Positions 19,528 to 27,792 of a DNA stretch of 64,000 bases are shown here, piece by piece. Origin of the DNA: Woeseiaceae bacterium (GTDB lineage: Bacteria; Pseudomonadota; Gammaproteobacteria; Steroidobacterales; Woeseiaceae); contig JASJBE010000003.1 of assembly GCA_030066655.1 (NCBI GenBank), forward strand, positions 2,032 to 66,031, written 5' to 3'. How positions within the stretch are numbered: position 1 is the first letter of the stretch; every line of letters starts with the position of its first letter. The position numbers and the translations under genes are program-made. Below the pieces are notes generated by a model. The model was not told the origin of the DNA. It worked only from the letters and a program-made list of their open reading frames with translations, and searched no databases.

Positions 19528-19647
19528 GCTTCAACTATAGGCCTTTTGCGCTATGTATCAACGACCTGGGCTCGAGAGATTGGCGAAATTCTCCCGCCCG
19601 TTCTAGCCTGGAAACGGGCGATGGCGGGCCGACCACAACTCGCGCGC

Positions 19648-19675
19648 AAAAAAAACGCGCCCGATTGGGCGCGTT
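19648..19675 (-). terminator. Intrinsic terminator between rpoZ and spoT
   Basis: The minus-strand RNA reads AACGCGCCC-AAUC-GGGCGCGUU followed by U-rich UUUUUUGC. The plus strand shows an A8 run followed by the hairpin. Confidence 0.65.
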
Positions 19676-19699
19676 CCTTACTTTCGGTGTCGCTGCTCG

Positions 19700-19981
19700 T
19701 CAGTCGGCGATCGAGATTCCGCGCACCGGCAGGACTTCCTCAGCGACTTCCTGCTGCAGCAGGTCTTCGGTCGGCGGCTGGTCGATTTCTTCGAGGATCG
19801 ACGGCGTGATGTGGCCCTCGGCGATCTCACGCAGCGCGATTACGGTCGGCTTGTCGTTCTCGAGTTCGACCAGGGGGTCTGCGCCGTGCGCGATGCGACG
19901 GGCGCGCTTCGACGCTACGAGCACCATCTCGAAAATATTGCTGATGTTGTCCAGGCAGTCTTCGACAGTAATTCTGGCCAT
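19700..19981 (-). CDS. rpoZ: DNA-directed RNA polymerase subunit omega
   Basis: N-terminus [10 protein letters not shown]...[16 protein letters not shown]; 93 aa. Confidence 0.93.
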   Translation of the reverse strand: MARITVEDCLDNISNIFEMVLVASKRARRIAHGADPLVELENDKPTVIALREIAEGHITPSILEEIDQPPTEDLLQQEVAEEVLPVRGISIAD

Positions 19982-20117
19982 GATTGCTTCGTCCTTTGTA
20001 GCGCCGTCGGGTCGTCAGCCGTTTTCTGAGCGGCGTGGCCCGGCGGGCAGTTAAATTAAGTCAGGCCGCGAACGTTAAGGCGAGGCAGAGGGGGATGAAA
20101 GCCCTTATTCCAAACGA

Positions 20118-20777
20118 TTATAAGTTGGGCGCTGTCAGCATCGACTCTATTCGCTCGGCGATCGCGGCGTCGGAGGTTTTCGACGCGTCACCCTCGCCGC
20201 GGAACACAGCCTCGAGATCGGCCACGGCCGTGTCGAGGTCGTCGTTGAAGATCGCGTAGTCGAATTCGCTCCAGTGCGACATGTCGGACAGCGCGTCGCG
20301 CAGACGCCGGTCGATGACCGCCCCACTGTCCGTACCGCGGCTGCGCAAACGCCGCTCGAGCTCCTCGACCGACGGCGGCAGGATGAAAATCGTGATCGCG
20401 TCGGGCATCGAGCGCCGGACCTGCTGTGCACCCTGCCAGTCGATTTCCAGTATCACGTTGTGACCGTTTGCCAGGTGTTCCTCGACCTGGGTGCGACTCG
20501 TGCCGTAGTGGTTGTCAAACACCAGCGCCGATTCGAGCAGGGCCCCGCTCTCCTCGAGCTCGAGGAATGCCTCCTTATCGACAAACAGGTAGTCGACGCC
20601 GTCGGCCTCGTTACGGCGTTTCGGACGCGTCGTATAGGAAATCGAGAAGCGTAGCTCGGGATGGTGTCTCGTCATTGCATGCACGAGCGTCGTCTTGCCC
20701 GCGCCTGAGGGCGCGGCGATTACAAACAGCTTTGCGTCTTTCACCGGACTAATCAGTTCTTCTTTTAGTAAACACAC
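20118..20777 (-). CDS. gmk: Guanylate kinase
   Basis: P-loop AAPSGAGKTTL and the guanylate kinase fold pattern. The start may instead be the internal GTG (VKDAKL). Confidence 0.9.
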   Translation of the reverse strand: MCLLKEELISPVKDAKLFVIAAPSGAGKTTLVHAMTRHHPELRFSISYTTRPKRRNEADGVDYLFVDKEAFLELEESGALLESALVFDNHYGTSRTQVEEHLANGHNVILEIDWQGAQQVRRSMPDAITIFILPPSVEELERRLRSRGTDSGAVIDRRLRDALSDMSHWSEFDYAIFNDDLDTAVADLEAVFRGEGDASKTSDAAIAERIESMLTAPNL

Positions 20778-20794
20778 ACGCGAGGCCCAGGCAG

Positions 20795-21661
20795 CTACTC
20801 GATATTCTGGATCTGCTCGCGCATCTGTTCGATCAGCACCTTCAGTTCCACGGCCGCCTTTGTCGTTTCCGTGTCGCCGGATTTCGAGCCCAGCGTGTTG
20901 GCTTCGCGATTGAGCTCCTGCATCAGGAAGTCCAGCCGCCTGCCGACCGGCTCCTCCTTCTTCAGGATCTCGCGGATTTCCGTGACGTGGCTGCCAAGCC
21001 GGTCGATCTCTTCATCGACGTCGAGCTTGGTTGCGATAAGCGCCAGCTCCGTTTCCAGGCGACCGGGGTCGGCGTCGATATCGAGCTTCTCGATCCGGTC
21101 TCGCTGCTTCTGGCGAGAGGCCTCCAGCACTTCCGGCATCCGCGCTTTGACGCCGGCCGCCAGTTTCTCGATGTCGTCGCAGCGCGAGAGGATCATCTCG
21201 GCGATGCGCTTGCCCTCGCTCGCGCGCATGTCGGCCATCGCGGCGAGCGTCGTCTCGAGCAGCGCACCCGCCTCGGCGAACAGAGGCTCTGCGTCGACTT
21301 CGACCTGCTGAATGACGCCCGGCCAGCGCAGCAGGTCAATCGGGTCGACGTGGCCGATGTCGTTCAGCTTCACTTTCATGTCGTTAATGCGAGAGCCGAT
21401 CAGCTTGATCAGGTCCAGGTCGAGGCGCATTTCCTGCGACTGGTTTAGCGCGCGTTTGAAATTCAGGCTGCACTCCACCTTGCCGCGACTCAAAGTCTGG
21501 CTCACCAGTTGGCGAAACGCCGTTTCCTGCGGACGCAGCTCCTCCGGCAGCTTCAGCTGCACGTCGAGGTAGCGGTGATTGACGGCTCTCAGCTCCCACG
21601 TCAGCGTTCCGATGTCGGACTCGACTGACTGTCGTGCAAAGCCGGTCATACTGTGTAACAT
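20795..21661 (-). CDS. yicC: YicC family stress-induced protein
   Basis: MLHSMTGFAR N-terminus and the C-terminal EIREQIQNIE-type tail. I prefer ATG 21661 over track start 21694. Confidence 0.85.
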   Translation of the reverse strand: MLHSMTGFARQSVESDIGTLTWELRAVNHRYLDVQLKLPEELRPQETAFRQLVSQTLSRGKVECSLNFKRALNQSQEMRLDLDLIKLIGSRINDMKVKLNDIGHVDPIDLLRWPGVIQQVEVDAEPLFAEAGALLETTLAAMADMRASEGKRIAEMILSRCDDIEKLAAGVKARMPEVLEASRQKQRDRIEKLDIDADPGRLETELALIATKLDVDEEIDRLGSHVTEIREILKKEEPVGRRLDFLMQELNREANTLGSKSGDTETTKAAVELKVLIEQMREQIQNIE

Positions 21662-21824
21662 TCGCTTGCGTCTCCGGATTGTCGCCTTGGTCACGCTTTT
21701 CGAGCGGACGCCGGTCTAGGATGAACCCTTGGCGAGCTGCATTCTACGCGATGCGCAAAGGACCGCCAGTTTAAGAACGACGTCTAAGCGAACAAAAGCC
21801 CAGCCTTCATCTAGAATTAAAGCG

Positions 21825-22568
21825 ATGCACGTGGAATACGCAAAAGTGTCGGCGCTAGGCGACCGGCAGGAGAACCAGGACAGGGCTGCGGTCATCGTTG
21901 CCAAGGAAGCCGCGTTGATGATGGTGTTCGACGGCATGGGCGGCCATTCCGACGGCGCGCTGGCCGCCGAGACCTGCCTGAAGGTTCTGCAGGATGAATT
22001 CACGAGCGCGAAGCTGCCGCTGTTCGACCCGCAGGGGTTCCTCTACATGGCGCTTGCCAAGGCGCACGACACGATCGTGAATCTCGCGCAGGATGTCGAA
22101 ATCGACTATCGCCCGCGGGCAACCTGCGCAGTTTGCCTGGTGCAGGAAGGCGGTTCTTTCTGGGCGCACGTCGGTGACAGCCGCATCTACCAGCTCAGGA
22201 AAGGTCGCGTCGTCGAACGGTCCCGCGACCACAGTCACGTCGAAGTGCTGATCCAAGAGGGCGCGATCTCGGAAGAGGAGGCGCAGGATCACCCGATGCG
22301 AAACTACGTCGAGTGCTGTCTCGGCGGTGACGAACCGGTTCCGGACATGACGGTGACCGGTAAAAAGGCTCTGAGCGAGGGCGACGTGCTGCTCAGCTGC
22401 TCCGACGGCCTCTGGACCGGCATCAGCGATGCCGAGATTGCCGCGCTGACCGCGGAGGGCAAAGACCTGTCCGAAAAACTCAAGGACCTGAGCATGAGGT
22501 CGTTGAGTGTCAACTCGCCTAACGGCGACAATACAACCGGCACCGCGCTGCAGTGGCTCGGCGCCTGA
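21825..22568 (+). CDS. PP2C-family Ser/Thr protein phosphatase
   Basis: ATG 21825 lies within track ORF 21729..22568. Motifs [17 protein letters not shown] and LLSCSDGLW are present. Confidence 0.75.
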   Translation: MHVEYAKVSALGDRQENQDRAAVIVAKEAALMMVFDGMGGHSDGALAAETCLKVLQDEFTSAKLPLFDPQGFLYMALAKAHDTIVNLAQDVEIDYRPRATCAVCLVQEGGSFWAHVGDSRIYQLRKGRVVERSRDHSHVEVLIQEGAISEEEAQDHPMRNYVECCLGGDEPVPDMTVTGKKALSEGDVLLSCSDGLWTGISDAEIAALTAEGKDLSEKLKDLSMRSLSVNSPNGDNTTGTALQWLGA

Positions 22569-22596
22569 CGTCTTAAAAAAACCGCAGGAGAATTCC

Positions 22597-23319
22597 ATGC
22601 GACCCAGTGGCCGCGCCGCGGACGAGCTCCGCGCCGTTCAATTCATACCCGATTTCACGCGCCATGCGGAGGGCAGTGTCCTGGCCGAGTTCGGCGATAC
22701 GCGCGTGCTGTGCACGGCCAGCGTCGAAGACCGCGTGCCGCCGTGGATGCGCGGCTCTGGCAGTGGCTGGATAACGGCCGAGTACGGCATGCTGCCTCGC
22801 TCAACGCATACGCGCTCGGCGCGAGAGGCTGCGCGCGGCAAGCAGAGCGGCCGGACCCAGGAAATCTCGCGGCTGATCGGTCGCTCGCTGCGCTCCACCG
22901 CTAACCTGAAGGCGCTGGGCGAGCGCACGGTGACGCTCGACTGCGACGTGCTGCAGGCTGACGGCGGCACGCGAACGACGTCCGTCTGCGGTGCCTACGT
23001 TGCCCTCGCGCTTGCGATGGAGCGACTGCACGGCAAAAAGGCGATCACGCGAAATCCGCTGATCGGCCGCGTCGCCGCCGTCTCTGTCGGCATCTATCGC
23101 GGCACGCCGGTGCTCGACCTCGACTACGCCGAGGACTCCGAAGCGGAAACCGACATGAACATCGTCATGAACGAGGCCGACCGCTTCGTCGAGGTGCAGG
23201 GCACAGCCGAGGGACACGCGTTCTCCGCCGACGAGTTCTCGGCGATGCTCGACCTGGCGCGACACGGGATCGGCCAGATTATCGAGGCCCAGGACAAGGC
23301 GCTCGCCGAGGCGCTTTGA
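22597..23319 (+). CDS. rph: Ribonuclease PH
   Basis: [12 protein letters not shown]...[19 protein letters not shown]...[10 protein letters not shown] prefer ATG 22597. Confidence 0.93.
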   Translation: MRPSGRAADELRAVQFIPDFTRHAEGSVLAEFGDTRVLCTASVEDRVPPWMRGSGSGWITAEYGMLPRSTHTRSAREAARGKQSGRTQEISRLIGRSLRSTANLKALGERTVTLDCDVLQADGGTRTTSVCGAYVALALAMERLHGKKAITRNPLIGRVAAVSVGIYRGTPVLDLDYAEDSEAETDMNIVMNEADRFVEVQGTAEGHAFSADEFSAMLDLARHGIGQIIEAQDKALAEAL

Positions 23320-23377
23320 GTGACGGTGATGACGCTTAAGCTCTCGCTCCAAATCGAACTTGGACGTGCCCAGTAGT

Positions 23378-23983
23378 ATGTCCCTGCCGAGCAAGATCGT
23401 CGCGGCAACAAGCAATCCCGGCAAGATCCGGGAATTCAACCGCCTGCTCACCGAGTTCGGTATCGAGGTCGTCCCGCAGTCGGCCTTCGATGTGCCGGAC
23501 GCGGACGAGACCGGAACCACCTTCGAGGCGAACTCTCTGATCAAGGCGCGCCACGCCGCGGAGCTTACCGGCATGCCCGCGATCGCGGACGACAGCGGTA
23601 TCGCCGTGGACGCGCTCGACGGTCGTCCCGGCGTCTATTCCGCGCGATATGCCGGACCCGGCGCCACGGACGAGGCCAACGTCGACAAGCTCCTCGACGA
23701 GATGCAGGGCGTGTCCGACCGCGCGGCCGCGTTTCACTGCGTCGTGACCTTTGTTGCCGATCCGCAGGCCGAACCGATCGCAGCGGAGGGCATCTGGCAC
23801 GGTCACATCCTCGAGGAACGGCGCGGCAGCGGCGGCTTCGGTTATGACCCGGTGTTCCTCGACCCCGAGTCCGGCGTCGCGTCGGCTGAGCTCTCGCAGG
23901 ATGAGAAGAATGCGCGCAGCCATCGGGGCAAGGCGCTCCGCGAACTGGCGCGCCGTCTCCGCGAACTGTCGAGCCAGGGGTAG
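23378..23983 (+). CDS. rdgB: dITP/XTP pyrophosphatase (RdgB/HAM1)
   Basis: ATSNPGKIREF and FGYDPVF motifs. I prefer ATG 23378 over TTG 23360. Confidence 0.9.
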   Translation: MSLPSKIVAATSNPGKIREFNRLLTEFGIEVVPQSAFDVPDADETGTTFEANSLIKARHAAELTGMPAIADDSGIAVDALDGRPGVYSARYAGPGATDEANVDKLLDEMQGVSDRAAAFHCVVTFVADPQAEPIAAEGIWHGHILEERRGSGGFGYDPVFLDPESGVASAELSQDEKNARSHRGKALRELARRLRELSSQG

Positions 23984-25125
23984 TGCTGCCACTGTCGCTT
24001 TACATCCACCTGCCCTGGTGTGTGAAAAAATGCCCGTACTGCGACTTCAACTCCTTCACCGCGTCGCCGGACGCGCCGAGGTCACGCTACCTCGACGCCG
24101 TCATCGAGGACCTGAAGCGGCAGTCGACGGACGTTGCGGACCGACCGCTGCATACGGTGTTCATCGGCGGCGGCACGCCCAGCTTCTTTTCGCCCGAGGA
24201 GATCGGGTCCCTGCTGGCGGCGGTTCGGCGGAACTACCGTCTCGAGCCCGACATCGAGATAACGATGGAGGCCAATCCGTCGTCCGTCGAGAGCGGCGAT
24301 CCGGCCGGCTACCGTGACGCCGGGGTCAACCGGCTGTCGATTGGTGCGCAGTCCTTCAATGACGGGCACCTGAAAACGCTCGGCCGACTCCACGACGTCG
24401 CCGATATCGAACGATCCTTCCGCGACGCGCGCTCGGCCGGCTTCGACAACATCAACGTAGACGTCATGTATGCGCTGCCGAACCAGGCGCTGGACGAAGC
24501 GATGAGCGACCTGGATGCGGCTTTCGCACTCGAACCGGACCACATCTCCTGGTACCAGCTGACGCTGGAGCCGAACACGGTCTTCTACGCGCGACCGCCA
24601 GAGGGTCTGCCCGACGATGATGCGATGTGGGAGTTCCAGTGCGAGGGCCAGGCGCGCCTGTCGGCCGCCGGATTTCAGCAGTACGAGGTGTCAGCCTACG
24701 CACAGCCGGGCCGGGAGTGCCGGCACAACCTCAACTACTGGCGCTTCGGCGACTATCTCGCGGTCGGCGCCGGTGCACACGGGAAGCTCAGCATCGACGG
24801 CGAGCCGTACCGCTACTCCCGGCCGGCGAATCCGACCGCCTACATACTGGGCGTCGAAGACAGCGCCGGCCTCGACCGGCGAGTCATCGCTGAAACGGAC
24901 CGGCTGTTCGAGTTTGCGTTGATGGCGCTGCGCCTGGTCGATGGATTCTCGGCCGAGGAGTTCGAATCGGCATTGGGCCTTCCCCGCCAGCGGCTGATCG
25001 ATGCGCTCCGGTCGCCGCTTCAGTCCGGTCTGGTCGAACAGGCGGCGCATGATCGGTGGCGACCTACCGAGCTGGGCCGCCGATTCCTGAACGACCTGCA
25101 ATCAGGCTTCCTGCCGGGCGATTAG
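23983..25125 (+). CDS. hemW: Radical SAM heme chaperone HemW (HemN-like, oxygen-independent coproporphyrinogen oxidase family)
   Basis: CVKKCPYCDFNS (CxxxCxxC). GTG 23983 overlaps the rdgB stop by 1 nt (TAGTG). Confidence 0.88.
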   Translation: MLPLSLYIHLPWCVKKCPYCDFNSFTASPDAPRSRYLDAVIEDLKRQSTDVADRPLHTVFIGGGTPSFFSPEEIGSLLAAVRRNYRLEPDIEITMEANPSSVESGDPAGYRDAGVNRLSIGAQSFNDGHLKTLGRLHDVADIERSFRDARSAGFDNINVDVMYALPNQALDEAMSDLDAAFALEPDHISWYQLTLEPNTVFYARPPEGLPDDDAMWEFQCEGQARLSAAGFQQYEVSAYAQPGRECRHNLNYWRFGDYLAVGAGAHGKLSIDGEPYRYSRPANPTAYILGVEDSAGLDRRVIAETDRLFEFALMALRLVDGFSAEEFESALGLPRQRLIDALRSPLQSGLVEQAAHDRWRPTELGRRFLNDLQSGFLPGD

Positions 25126-25400
25126 CAGTGGCTCGCAGGCCGCAGCGGCTTGTGAAGCCGGTCAATATTCGTTCCCTCGTCGGAAACTTTTACGAGTTTG
25201 TGGGCCTACGCTGCCGGGCGGTTTATGCACAATCCCGAAGCCTAAGCTGTATTTCAAGCACATGAGGGCCCTAAGCTCAACTTGAGCCCACAAAAACACG
25301 CCTAACTCAATGTTTTTATTGGGTTTCACAAAATGGACACATTTTGAGCATTCCGACAAGCTTGCTTGAAAAACGGGGGCTTAGGGCACTCACCCAAATT

Positions 25401-25435
25401 TCTTCCACAACCTTATCCACAGGTTCTGTGGATAA
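25401..25435. promoter_or_regulatory. DnaA-box cluster: two perfect convergent TTATCCACA boxes plus one degenerate box
   Basis: TTATCCACA (25413-25421), spacer ggttc, then TGTGGATAA (25427-25435) form a 23-bp palindrome. tcttccaca (25401-25409) matches 7/9. The cluster lies 75 bp upstream of the rpmE ATG, next to a possible TTGCGG-17-TATCCT promoter. Confidence 0.5.
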
Positions 25436-25509
25436 AAACTGGGCTTGCGGTCGCAACATTATCGCTTTATCCTACGCGCCCTTTTTTTGACGGCCATCGA
25501 GAGCTAGCC

Positions 25510-25713
25510 ATGAAAGCCGACACCCACCCGAACTACCAGGAAATCAAGGTGACCTGCAGTTGCGGAAATGAATTTATGACCCGGTCGACGCTCAGCGACG
25601 ACCTGATTGTCGAAGTGTGCTCAGCCTGCCACCCGTTCTACACGGGCAAGCAGAAGATCGTCGACTCCGGCGGTCGCGTAGACAAGTTCCGCAAGAAGTA
25701 CGGCATCTCGTAA
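25510..25713 (+). CDS. rpmE: 50S ribosomal protein L31 (Zn-ribbon type)
   Basis: ATG 25510 lies within track ORF 25366..25713. Sequence [14 protein letters not shown], with CSCG...[11 protein letters not shown]. Confidence 0.93.
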   Translation: MKADTHPNYQEIKVTCSCGNEFMTRSTLSDDLIVEVCSACHPFYTGKQKIVDSGGRVDKFRKKYGIS

Positions 25714-25766
25714 GCGCTTGTTCGCCTCGTGCGGCTGTCGCCGCATCTACAATTTCATACGAAATC

Positions 25767-25789
25767 AAAGCTCCGGACATCGGAGCTTT
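25767..25789 (+). terminator. Hairpin downstream of rpmE
   Basis: aaagctccg-gacat-cggagcttt forms a 9-bp stem. The T-tract is weak (TTT within the stem, then ggtatg). Confidence 0.45.
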
Positions 25790-25833
25790 GGTATGCTTGC
25801 GTGCTAAATAATAATGCACACCGGGGGATTTAG

Positions 25834-27129
25834 ATGAGCCAGGACGCTTTCCGACTGATTAGCCCGAATGGAACAGAGTCGGCGCTGCCCATCCACAAAG
25901 GTACAACAGGGCCCGACGTCATCGACATCGGCAAGCTGTACCGCGAACAGGGCGTTTTCACCTACGATCCGGGTTTCGTTGCGACGGGGAGCTGCTCCTC
26001 TGACATCACCTTCATCGATGGGGAAGAAGGCGTATTGATGTACCGCGGGTATCCCGTGGAGCAACTGGCCGAGCATTCGAACTTCATCGAGGTCTGTTAC
26101 CTGCTGCTGTACGGCGAGCTACCCACCAAGGAAGAACTGGAAGCCTTCGACACGTCGGTTCGGACGCATACGATGCTGAACGAGGGCATGCTCAATTTCT
26201 TCAAGGGCTTCCGCTACGACGCGCATCCGATGGCTCAGCTGTCTGCTGTCGTCGGCTCAATGTCTGCGTACTATCACGACACGACCGACATTCACGATCC
26301 GCAGCATCGCGACATCTTCGCGCATCGCATCGTGGCCAAGCTGCCGACGATCGCGGCTGCGGCCTACAAGCTGAACGTCGGCCAGCCTTTCATCTATCCG
26401 CGCAATGACCTGAACTACAGCGAGAACCTGCTGCATATGCTGTTCGCCGTTCCTGCCGAGCCGTATGAGATCGACCCGATCGCGGCGGATGCGCTGGATC
26501 TGCTGTTCATCCTGCACGCCGACCACGAACAGAACTGTTCGACATCGACCGTGCGCATGGCCGCCAGCTCAGGCGCCAATCCTTACTCGGCTATTGCCGC
26601 CGGCATCTCGGCGTTGTGGGGACCGGCACACGGTGGCGCCAACGAAGCCGTACTGAAGATGCTCGAGGAAATCGGCGACGTAAGCCAGATTCCCAAGTAC
26701 GTTGAGAAGGCGAAAGATCGTGACGACCCGTTCCGCCTGATGGGCTTCGGCCATCGTGTTTACAAGAATTTCGATCCGCGCGCGAAGATTATTCGCAAGA
26801 TGGCGCACAAGGTGCTGGAGCGTCTCGGCCAGCGCAAAGACACGCCGTTGTTCGACCTCGCGCTCGAGCTGGAGCAGGTGGCCCTGAAGGATCCGTTCTT
26901 TATCGAGAAGAACCTGTACCCGAATGTCGACTTTTACTCCGGCGTCATCTACCGGGCGCTCGGCATACCGACGTCGATGTTCACGGTGATGTTCTCGCTC
27001 GGCCGCTGCGTTGGCTGGACGGCGCACTGGACGGAGATGATTTCGGACCCGACCGGCAAGATCTCGCGCCCGCGCCAGCTGTACACGGGGCCTGCGTCAC
27101 GCGACTACGTCGCGGTAGAGAAGCGATAG
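25834..27129 (+). CDS. gltA: Citrate synthase (type II)
   Basis: [14 protein letters not shown] and [12 protein letters not shown] motifs; 431 aa. Confidence 0.95.
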   Translation: MSQDAFRLISPNGTESALPIHKGTTGPDVIDIGKLYREQGVFTYDPGFVATGSCSSDITFIDGEEGVLMYRGYPVEQLAEHSNFIEVCYLLLYGELPTKEELEAFDTSVRTHTMLNEGMLNFFKGFRYDAHPMAQLSAVVGSMSAYYHDTTDIHDPQHRDIFAHRIVAKLPTIAAAAYKLNVGQPFIYPRNDLNYSENLLHMLFAVPAEPYEIDPIAADALDLLFILHADHEQNCSTSTVRMAASSGANPYSAIAAGISALWGPAHGGANEAVLKMLEEIGDVSQIPKYVEKAKDRDDPFRLMGFGHRVYKNFDPRAKIIRKMAHKVLERLGQRKDTPLFDLALELEQVALKDPFFIEKNLYPNVDFYSGVIYRALGIPTSMFTVMFSLGRCVGWTAHWTEMISDPTGKISRPRQLYTGPASRDYVAVEKR

Positions 27130-27165
27130 GGCGGGCTGCGCCTGCCGGCGCGCCCCGCTTGAGAC

Positions 27166-27792
27166 TCAGCCGGCGCCTGCCGGCATCTCCTCCATCAGCA
27201 CCTGCACCGCGCTCAAATCGGCGCGCTTCATCGGTCGGCCATCGATCGGGCTGATCGGTGCCTGTCGCAGCCCGTCATACGGAAACACGGTGGCCTGCAC
27301 GATGTTGTATTCGTGCCGGAACTCATAGCCCGGGTAGATCTCGACAACGTTGCGCCGGGTCTTGAGCCGGCGCTCGTAATTCCTGAAGTTGATCTGCCGG
27401 TCGCCGAGATGAAAGGCCACCCGTTCCGGCGAGTCGCTGAACAGGTGCATGTTGACGGCCGAGTTGTCGTCCGCCGTGCCGCTGAGCACCGGCCCGACGA
27501 GACGCGGCGTGAATTCCTCGAGCATCTGCATTGCGATTAGCGCGGTCCGCCGCAGGCTGTACAGGATTTCCAGGTGGTCGTCGCCGGCGAACAGCGACAG
27601 GTGGTCCGCGACAGCCTGTTCTATCTCGTGATTGCCCGGTAGCGCACCACGGGTTGCGAGGTTCAGTTTCTCAGCCGCTTTCTTCTTCGCGATTCCGTAG
27701 TCGCGAATGCCCTGGTCGACGATCAGCCTCGCAGCCTCCTGCGCCACCAGGGCTCGAGTGCGGTCACCGCTTGTGTCGCTGCGTCGTGGCAT
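27166..27792 (-). CDS. Conserved hypothetical protein immediately following mrcA
   Basis: ATG 27792 abuts the mrcA stop (27793-27795). High GC3 supports coding. The segment VGPVLSGTADDNSAVNMHLF looks like a degenerate minimal nucleotidyltransferase G-S...D-x-D motif, which is inference only. Confidence 0.55.
   Translation of the reverse strand: MPRRSDTSGDRTRALVAQEAARLIVDQGIRDYGIAKKKAAEKLNLATRGALPGNHEIEQAVADHLSLFAGDDHLEILYSLRRTALIAMQMLEEFTPRLVGPVLSGTADDNSAVNMHLFSDSPERVAFHLGDRQINFRNYERRLKTRRNVVEIYPGYEFRHEYNIVQATVFPYDGLRQAPISPIDGRPMKRADLSAVQVLMEEMPAGAG

Noticed and set aside
25162-25359. 65-aa ORF on the minus strand in the hemW-rpmE spacer
   Set aside because: No Shine-Dalgarno sequence is present. 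The composition simply reflects the AT-rich spacer, and the translation has no recognisable features.
25126-25509. Chromosomal replication origin (oriC)
   Set aside because: There are only two perfect DnaA boxes and one degenerate box. I could find no array of AT-rich 13-mers or additional boxes, and the flanking genes (hemW, rpmE) are not typical origin neighbours. A DnaA-regulatory or operator site is more plausible.
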